DNA of 64,000 nucleotides from Gordius albopunctatus (Eukaryota): assembly GCA_964276515.1 (NCBI GenBank), contig OZ193909.1, positions 3,596,001 to 3,660,000 on the forward strand, read 5' to 3'. The number at the start of each line of letters is the position of its first letter. Position 1 is the first letter of the stretch. Positions 54,801 to 64,000 of this stretch are shown here, in pieces. Under the pieces are notes generated by a model that did no database searches, was not told the origin of the DNA, and saw only the letters and a list, made by a program, of their open reading frames with translations. The translations under genes were made by a program, and so were the position numbers.

Positions 54801-57800
54801 TTGTTTTAAATGGATAGGAAGTGCGATAATTTTTAATGTTAAATTTATTAATATCTTGATTAGAGTCATAAATATATCTATCTTCAATACCCAAATATAA
54901 ATCAATATAAGTTTTGAAATATTAACAGTGACTTGAATTTCTTACGTATGTTATATATAAATTTTTAACTCACTTATAAATAATGTCATTTAATTATTAT
55001 TTGCAATATTCTTCTTAAAACACCGCAAAAGTAAGATATTGATATCACTTATATTTCAATAGTTTCTATTTAAAACTCAAATAACTCATTATGAACGAGT
55101 TGCACCAATTTCTATGGTGTTGTGACCTTTGTACACCTTCACAGTTATCACGAACAAGCCAAATTTATCTCAAAATTTTATGAAACAAATTAACGACTTT
55201 ATTAACCCTCGAGAGCACTCCTGAAAATCACGAACGCGAGAGCATTCGTGGGGTATATTTGACCCCATTTTTAACTTCTTATAACTTTTTAAGTATTTTT
55301 TTAAACCTTTCAAATTTTGAAAATGTGTTCATAAAGGTCTTAAGATTGATGGTATAAATTTTGATATGAATCTAATCAACATTACAAAACTTATTAACGA
55401 TTTTCTTGACCCCCATTTTTATTTTGACTATTTTAGAGTTTTACCTCTTGACATCATATACCTTAAAATAAATCAAAATAAACGTGATTTTTTATTAAAA
55501 GAATGTCCAAAATATATTAAAAACACAAATTGTAAAAGATATCATCAAACAAAAAAAAATACATACATTTTTTCCAATAGAAAAAAACTTACGTGAGAGC
55601 ATTCGTGGGGTACACAGTTTAAAAAGTAGTGGGCCAAAAGTTATGAAATTTTCCTAAAACTTAGTTCTTGGTAAAATATTAGGCTACTGAAAAGGCCAGA
55701 TCAATTCGTTTTTAAATGCGTTTTATATTTGTGTTTATAACTATCGTGGGGTCCGTGGGACCCCACGAATGCTCTCGAGGGTTAATAGAGAATAATGTAC
55801 CCGATTCACACAAACGACCATAAAATCCATCTTTGCAAACGCAGTATCCATTATGAGTCCACAGTGTTTGACTCCGAACGCACTCTGTAATTGCCCCAAA
55901 AATACATTTCATTTTTATTTTTTCAAATCGTTGGTTTATGCCATAGTAAATAGGTTTAGAAGTTACTTACTTTCGTTGCAGAGTTGCCCAACAACGTAAT
56001 CCTGACAAATGCACATTCCGATTGGATTCACCTTTTTAGATGGACATTTACTCACTAAATAAACAATGAAGTTTGTTGCATATGAGTCTAGCTCAGAATT
56101 TTATTATTATTACTATTATATAGAGAGCGTAGTAATAATGTCTTTCATATAGATAAATTTTAACGGTATTTTAATTAAATATGAACTAATTAATCTTAAC
56201 CCCCTGCATTGAATTGGTTTTCTATTCATACATGTGTTTCCTTGATTTATACAACATAGATGATTATCAAAATGTTTTAATTGTGGCATTTAAAAGCAAG
56301 TTAAGTCAGCTGCTTTTTACTTTAAATCTCTCATCTGATTAGATGTTGATCCTATATGATATAAAAATTTAGTTTGGGTGAAGGTCATATACAAATAAAT
56401 TAGGTTTTGTTGCAAAGTCCATATTTTGGTAAATGTAAAATAAATCATCCCTGACGCATATGTACAACTTATGAAAAATATGTATCAAACTTCAACGTGC
56501 GTTAGGACGACAGTTGGAGACTCTCAACCTTTTTAGGTTAAAATTGGATTACAAGAATGATCTGCTTTAAATCGTTTTTTATTCAATATAATTGTGGATG
56601 ATAACTAGAGACATTTATAAGCCATCTGCTGTATGCTATATGCCGATGATATATTACTATGCGAAGGGACAAAGGAGAAAGTATTCTAAGAAGCCAAAAA
56701 ATGGTCAAAGCGCTCAGCGGAATATGGTTTAAAGGTCAAAAATATAAAAACGGTGTACATGGAGATAAAGGTTATAGACACCACATCATTAGATGATTAT
56801 ATGAAGTACCCAAAAGTAGATAGGTTTGCATACCTTGACTCGATGCAACATTAGGAGAGAGATTACGCAACACACGTAAATGCCCGGATTCAAAAAAGAT
56901 GGCTTAAATGGCGAAGTCTATCACGTGTAATGTGCGACAAGAAAATTCCACTATGGTTGAAGAACAAAGCTTACAAATCCATCGTAAGATTGGGGTTACT
57001 TTACAGAGGCACTATACGTCACGGAAGAAAAGTTGGTGCAGGCCATGGAGAAGAGAGTCATATGGTGGAGCCTTGGGTATACTAAGCTCGACCATATGTT
57101 TCTCAGGACGAAAATGGATATTCAACTTATGACGGACTTAACGAAAAAAGATGGGCACATACTAAGAAGGAAGACGAGTGATGTATTCGAAAAGTACTGT
57201 ATATGGGGGTATCGTGGAAAGGAGGAGGAGGACGCTCTTGTCTCATTGCAAGGACAAGTGGACAAAGTTATGAATAATAAGAATATTAACCAAGACATGG
57301 CCCTTACCAATTCAAGATAAAAGAAAACTGTCAAAACAAACCCGACGACAGTGAGATCAAATACTTGATAAAGAAGAAGAAAATTTTCTTAATTCTAAAT
57401 TAATTTTTTGATAGCCAAATCATAAATAACATAACTGATAAATTGGAAATGAATATATTATGTGTCATAATTATTATAACCATTTTGGCAATAGCCTCCG
57501 GAATAGTTATCATGGCATATGCACCAACCATAAAAATCACATTCACCAAATGAGCCTTTCAAGTTACACGAACAATCTATTAATAAGCATGTGAAATATG
57601 CGTAAACAAAAGAATATATGTTTTTATAAATGTGTTTTATTGAAAGTATTTAACATTTTTTAACTGTCTATTTTATCAAAGTTATTATTAACGTTAAATT
57701 TTAGTTAATTTATATAGTATTAAGATTATGAGGCATTATTTAGTGGAACTAGATTTGTAGTTTTAGGCTGTGAAGTGGGCTAATTTTCGAAACGTTTTAA

Positions 57801-58323
57801 TATTATTTACTAACTAATGAAAGCCTTTTACTACTTCTAAATTTTTTAATTCAAAAAAGTTTATTTTAATCCTTTCTGATTTGTTTAAAAAGAATTGATT
57901 GTTTGATTCTGTTCTACAAACCTTAACCAACGAATATAGTTTAAATATCCAAATGAAAAACGATATTTGATTTTTCATATTGAGTTAGGTTCTAATCGAA
58001 ATGTTATGACTTTTTTTAAACTTTTTCATTGATACTTTTAAAGGTGTTATTTTACTTTGTGAGCAATCAATTCCATAACTTCCTATAGGACACGCATTGA
58101 AATTGTCATTAAATTCTTCGTACGTTAGCGCAAAGTTGACTTTATATAGAACTAAATTTTAAAAAAATTTGGAATTTTAACAAAATATCAAAATATTGAA
58201 TAGGTAATTTTTAATAATTTCCAATGATTTAAATCGATATAATTATATTTAATATAAGTCAAATATATATTAAAGCTTACTCGCCAATATAAATAATAAA
58301 TATTTATGCATAAAATTTTGCAT
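51846..58323 (-). CDS. Small secreted multi-EGF-like (laminin-EGF/MEGF-type) protein, ~263 aa
   Basis: Exons 58281-58323, 58056-58151, 57481-57576, 55971-56054, 55801-55884, 54045-54140, 53094-53264, 51846-51967, all phase 1. Hydrophobic N-terminus MQNFMHKYLLFILAILYKVNFA. Repeated CxCxxGxxGxxC; no transmembrane segment seen. Confidence 0.8.
55206..55781. mobile_element. piggyBac-type MITE in an EGF-gene intron
   Basis: TTAA|CCCTCGAGAGCA ... TGCTCTCGAGGG|TTAA; internal GAGAGCATTCGTGGGG repeats. Confidence 0.9.
56400..57381 (+). mobile_element. 5'-truncated decayed RTE LINE in an intron
   Basis: LYADDILL and RIQKRWLKWRS remnants; AAG-repeat tail at ~57370. Confidence 0.8.
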
Positions 58324-58355
58324 TTTGACTTTAATTTGTATAATTTTCAAATAAA

Positions 58356-58647
58356 ATTTGTACTTCAGCTCGTTTTACTCAACTAATAAATTGTTATTAT
58401 TAATATTTGTACTTCAGCTCGTTTTACTCAACTAATTAATTGTTATTATTAATATTTGTACTTTATCTCGTTTTACTCAACTAATTAATTATTATTATTA
58501 ATATTTGTACTTTAGCTCGTTTTACTCAAGTAATTAATTTTTATTATTAATATTTGTATTTCAGCTCGTTTTACTCAACTAATTAATTGTTATTATTAAT
58601 ATTTGTACTTCAGCTCGTTTTACTCAACTAATTAATTGTTATTATTA
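58356..58647. repeat. 49-bp minisatellite (~6 copies)
   Basis: Unit ATTTGTACTTCAGCTCGTTTTACTCAACTAATTAATTGTTATTATTAAT. Confidence 0.9.
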
Positions 58648-59503
58648 AAAGAAGGGACTTGAATTATACTGATTGAAAAAGCATTTAATTTAAAGTTTTA
58701 ATTAAAATGTTGATTTGAAATAAAAAGCAGTTTAATTTATTAAGGCTTATTAATTTGAACTTTAACAAGTTATTATTAACCAAGTTAGCTATTAAATAAA
58801 AATATATAAGTGCGTTAGATGAAGGAATATGTAAGAATCTAGAAGAGTCAAATTAAGTTATAATTAATAAGATGTTAATGGAAAGGTGTATTTGAGTTAC
58901 TTTATTAATTAATTCTTCTTTCTATGACTGCTTGTCACCTAGGCTGGTGGTCAGTCCTTTCAGCATTCGTTTCCATTTGCTTCTATGTTTACATAGATCT
59001 TTCTTTATCTTGTGGACTTTCATATCATGCCGTATTTTATGAATCCAGGTTAGCTTGGGTCTTCCTCTTCTTCGTTTTTCTGTGTAATTTACAATCTCGA
59101 TTTTCTTTCCTACGTAGCTATCGTCTCTTCTTTCTACATGGCCATACCATCTTAGTCTATTTGTTAGGAGCTTTGTCACAATTGATGTAGTACCCAAAAT
59201 TCTTCTTATTTCTTCATTTCGCCTATGGTCCTTTTTTCTTACTCCTAGCACCCATCTTAGCATTCTCATCTCCATGGCTGCAAGACGTTGCTCTTCTCTT
59301 TTACGTATAGCCAATGATTCCGAGCTATACAGGACTGTTGGCTGTATGATGGATTTATACAGTGCGCCTTTTAGTTATCTCGGGATGTTTTTGTCACACA
59401 GAACACCTGTCAGCTCCCTCCACTTGTGCCATCCGGAATTTATCCTTGCTTGGATTTCTTTATCCATTTCACCATCCGATTGAAGTTTTGATCCTAAATA
59501 TTT

Positions 59504-62500
59504 TTTTAATTGACATGCTTTATTAAATAAAAAGTATTAAATATTGAGTGGAATTAATAAAAAGATACAGGAACGAAAACATTTATATAAAAAAATGATT
59601 AAAACTCAATATCCGTTTCTTCATCTTTGATAATGGGCATTGAATCCATCAAAGAATAAAAATTAGATTTAGCGATCGCGATGGCAATTGATTGTCGTAG
59701 TAAAAAACTATTCGATATTTTACAAGGGGGCGAGCGTTTATTGAGTTCTTTAAAAAAATTAATGCGCTCTTCCCAAATTTCCCTGAGCACGATGAGACGA
59801 TAGGAATAAAAATCGAGGTTTGGGATAAAGCTGAATATTTTAAGGATTTCCGATGCTCTGCCGATCCAAGGGGGTCGTGAGTATCGTTGGAGGAAGCAAA
59901 TAGGTCATACAGGTGTAGTCCCATTTTAGGAAAAGGCCTTTGTCTCATGGGATAAGTGACGAACCGTCCGGACGCATCCGCTCTTCGAGAGAGGGATCTT
60001 AAAGTTCAAGGATCGAAGGAACATTTGAAGCAGTGTATTTATTTTTTGGTGCCTACCATACCGGCTTTTGTTAAATTTACAATGCAGAGGGTGACGTGCT
60101 TCCTCATCTACAAGTGAATTACAAAGCCGGCAGGGGTATGAGGACGTGTATTTACAGCCCAAGCGGAGGGCTATATTGTAGGACAGGGTAGGATTCTCCA
60201 AAAACATACCCGAAAACTTACTAGGGTAAGCTTCAAGCCATTCATGTCCGGATTGGTCAAAAGCCAATGACCTAAGGTTGCAATACTGTTTGGCGTCGCA
60301 TGTCGAGAGAAGGTAAGCAACGGACCGCGACACCAAGCTTGCATCCAAATCTTTTTGAGCGTATGATTGTGGTATATTAGCTCCTACATTGACGTTCTCA
60401 TTCCATAAGGATAGGGCTTGATTTATGGAGGGATTAAGTGGGAATGGGACAAGGTCGTTGATATGATGTTTAAAAGATAGAGAGGAAGAAATGAAGGCGG
60501 CTAGGGAAATCGCAGATGGTGAGCGAATACCAAGGCCACCGGATTTTGTGGGAAGTGTGGCTTGAAGCCAAGTATTGGTGTTAAAGGAAATATTTAAAAT
60601 TGATTCAAGAGTGGATTTAAAAAAGTTTTCATAGTCGTGTAAAACTTCTTTAAATAAAAAAGCTTGCGTGGAGCGGAAGCAGAATAAAATTTTGCTAATG
60701 TTGTAATAATTTTTTATAATATAAAAAGAATGATGAGATGGCATAGATTTAAAAATGTCTAATTTGGTTTTTAAAGAAGAGAGATTTTTGTCTAAAAAAT
60801 TTTTAAGGCACTGGGGTCCCCCGATAGGTGCGCCTAAAACATACAAATTGTCTTTTTTAATTTTGGCAAAGTCAAAAAAATTTGGGTGAATATTATCCAA
60901 GTCAGAATATATTTCACTTTTAGAGGCGTTTAAACATAAGTTTAGAGTTGGGAAAAAAGCATGTATTACATCTAGTGCTTGGGCTAGGTTGTCAGGGGTT
61001 CCAACAAGAGTGGCGTCATCAAGATACCAGACATTAAGAGTAAGTTTACAGTGTTTGTTAATTTCGTTAATTAGGTGATTTATGGCCAAGCAGAATAAAG
61101 GGGGGCCTAGAGGATCGCCTTGTTGGATCCCTTCTGCGGATTCGAGGAAGAATTCTCCAAATTTCAAAATCGAAGGGCATCCATAACTTAAAATGATGTA
61201 GTTGGTGTAGTGGGGAAACAGTTTGATAAATTCATTAATGAAAGCAGTGCGGCGAATGCTGTTGAAAGCATTTTTAAAATCCAATTTTAGAAAGGAGTCA
61301 CCCGGTGGGAGGTGTTCCAGGGCTAAGCGTGCGGCATGGGTAGCTATCTCACACCCTCTTTTGACCCCAAAGCCTAGTTGATGCGGAATTAAAATTGGGA
61401 TCAATATTGGTTTGATCGCCGAGCAAATTAATTTAGAAATAATTCTTCGAAAAACACCGCCGATAGCGATAGGCCTGGCTGAATTGTCGGCCTTCCTAAT
61501 AGCTAAAAGCTTAGCTCCAAAGACTATGGGCGTTATTTCTTTAGGTATACTCCCATTGACTAAAAGGTTACAAAATTCGGTGAATAAGTCTAATAAGTTC
61601 GAGGAGTTATTATTATCAAGTGTTATAAGATCTTTTAAAAAAATTGGTTTTATGCCGTCGAGACCACTTGCAGAATCCATGGGAAAGGATAAGATGGCAT
61701 CTCGAATTTCTGGTGACTTAAAAGCAATATCTGAAGGTTGCGAGGGCGATAGGTAAGTAGACGATAGACTCTGGGGGTGTTTGAGAACTATTTCTTCGTA
61801 TGATTTTTGTGAAGGACTCAAAAATGAATTGTCTTCCTCAAGAAATCTGATTGCACCTTTTATGTTGAAAGCGTGGATTTTTCTAGAGATCATATTCGCT
61901 TTTTGTTTGGGGGTTAATATGTGGGATTCCTTTCTCTCAATGTTATATGCTGGAGGGCTGTTTTGACTGTCGAACTTTAAAACTGATTGTTTAATATTAT
62001 GAGTGATATTTGCTTCTTTGTCTTGAGGAATGGATAAAATGTAAAAAGAGAATTTAAATAGTTTCTCCCAATAGGAAAAGTTCTGAGGGAGGGAAATAAT
62101 ATTGTTAAGTAAGTTTATTAAAAACTGTTGCATGCACGCCCGGGCCCCCCTTGGAATTCTGGATATGGTTGGTGGGAATGTTTGAGATAAAAAGGCTGTA
62201 CTCCATGTCATGTCATTTTTTTCATTCGTGGTATAGTAGGTTTGATGAGGTATTAGATTATGAATATCAGTACCAGAGGGACTGAGAATAATGTTATCTT
62301 CCAATATTAAGGTTAATGGTGGACATGTAGTGTTTCGGGGAGCGAGCTTCCCCGAGGAGGGGCATTTATTGGTGACAGGGCCATGTTGTAAAAAACAATT
62401 CTTTTTGTTTAATGAGATATTTCTATGACACAAGGGGCATAGGGCTTTTAAAAGGACCATTTAATATGTATATGAATTTTATCAGACAAAGAAAAGAATT

Positions 62501-63715
62501 TATTCATGTCAAAACTGATGATTTATTGTAAGACTCTGAGTAATTATGAGTGGGAGGATAAAGGACAACCTTAAGGATAGAGTAAGTGGCATTGCAGTTG
62601 TTTTTAAAAAAAAATTTGTTACCTTGGTTAGATAAGTTATTTTGTATAAGATACTAGATTGCATATTGTAAATGTTGGTTGTAATTGTTAAAAAGTGCCT
62701 GATAAGATATTGTATATAATTTTTAATTTTTGGGTATATAATTTTAGGTCTAGATATGTGCAAAAAAAAATAAACTATGGATGTTAATAAAATAGTGATA
62801 AGAGATGTATAAATGATTGAAATACTGTAAGTGGTTTCTAGGTTATTAAGTAGAGGGTTCAGTTTGCTTTGAATAGTAGTGATGATGTTAGAGAGAAAGA
62901 TTGGGTGAGGTAATTGTTTGTTTTTTTGTGAAGAGTTTCTGAGTAAATTAATGTTTGCTTGGAATAGTAGGGATCAAGTTGAAAATAATGGGTGTGGTTG
63001 TGAGTCTTTCTCAGTAATTTGTTTGATTGTTGTTTGAATGTTTGGACTTCTTGATGTTGTCGAGCTGAAACTTTGGGGGATAGACACTTGCATGTGTTGG
63101 ATGCAATGTGAATAGGAATAGATGCCATAGTGGATAAAGTGGATTGATGGCAATTTTTTTATATTGGTTATATTGAATTGAATAGATTGGTTAAGTGATT
63201 TGAAGTGTAAATCTTTATGAGGCAAATGTAGTATGTCTTAATTTGGAATAATTGGATAGATATTAAGGGATTTATGGATTGTTATATAAAGTTGTAAGAA
63301 GAATATGGTTTAGATCCAAACTTGCACCATACCAAAAATTAAGGTCCATACATATTTCTAACGCTCTTAAATTTGTAGCAATAGCAATATAAAATATATG
63401 TTTTGTCATATCTATGCTAACTTGTTAGTATTTATCTCAATATTTGTAGTGTAACAATTGACGACGTCAAGTATTGTAGCCATTGAATGATAATTAATAC
63501 AATTCCCATTACACTTTTGTATTTCAAGAGGTTAAAAAGTCCTATGTATTTAATTTTGGGCCCTACGTTAAGTCTGATAAATAATCCTTACTTTTCTGGA
63601 CAAAAACTTTAAACCGCATCAAACTTCTTGATTTAAATTTAATCTGTATGCAACTTTTCTTAAAAATATTGACAAATAAACTTATTTATAAATGTTTAAT
63701 TTATTCAACAATTTA
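59504..63715 (-). mobile_element. CRE-like RLE non-LTR retrotransposon, near full-length
   Basis: Short A tail at ~59504; flanked by a ~73-bp direct repeat of host RTE sequence. The 5' ~1.2 kb is inferred only from that flanking repeat. Confidence 0.8.
59599..62460 (-). CDS. CRE-like ORF: N-terminal zinc motif, RT, CCHC and RLE (RLE frameshifted, with a stop)
   Basis: 844-aa ORF with CPLC..HGP..CPSSG, DFKNAFNSIRR, QQGDPLGPPLF, WYLDD, GGLGIR and CRLC..HPLHC. RMRPDG..KWDYTC continues in another frame. Confidence 0.88.
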
Positions 63716-64000
63716 CATCCGGAATTTATCCTTGCTTGGATTTTTTATCCATTCCATCATCCGTTTGAAGTTTTGATCCTAAATATTTGAAGGAATCCAC
63801 GCTTGTAAGTTGCCAATCGCCTAAACTAAGGGATGCACTTCGCTGATTTTCATCCGATTTAAACTTTGTCTTCATGTATTCTGTTTTTTTTTCTAGTTAC
63901 CCTGAGACCACTTTCTTCTATTGCATTTATCCATCTATTTACAGTGTTAGCCAATTCTTGTTCGCTTTTGGCACATAGGATTATATCGTCTGCAAAGATC

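Larger units (their letters stand above)
58914..64000 (-). mobile_element. RTE LINE (RT C-terminus and 3' end) interrupted by a CRE-like element
   Basis: IFADDIIL..FKYLGS at 63716-64000; WHKWRELTGVLCDK..RLRWYGHVERR..RGRP at 58922-59503; GAA-type tail. Confidence 0.88.

Noticed and set aside
61412..61966. Plus-strand ORFs of 114 and 61 aa
   Set aside because: They are antisense shadows of the CRE RT ORF.

Overview
AT-rich eukaryotic (invertebrate-like) genomic DNA with very short GT-AG introns (mostly 32-46 nt); the organism cannot be identified from this window. Host genes reconstructed by hand: SLC25A19/TPC1 (+, 3293-5029), TRMT1/TRM1 (-, 13 exons, 5763-15207), a decayed serpin (44760-46368) and a small secreted multi-EGF protein (-, 51846-58323). 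The rest is mostly nested transposons: three FLYWCH-MULE elements, a Helitron, hAT, pogo-like and piggyBac MITEs, RTE LINEs, a Gypsy element, a non-autonomous LTR element and CRE-like RLE retrotransposons. The main observation is that in all three MULE elements the apparent satellite upstream of the transposase is an array of in-frame, phase-1 micro-exon plus mini-intron units that splices into the FLYWCH-transposase frame. Other notable items: an in-frame DDE-deleted MULE protein, a twister-like ribozyme at the 5' end of an RTE, a hammerhead-like core, and a CRE element inside an RTE flanked by a ~73-bp duplication. All gene models are predictions with no transcript evidence.
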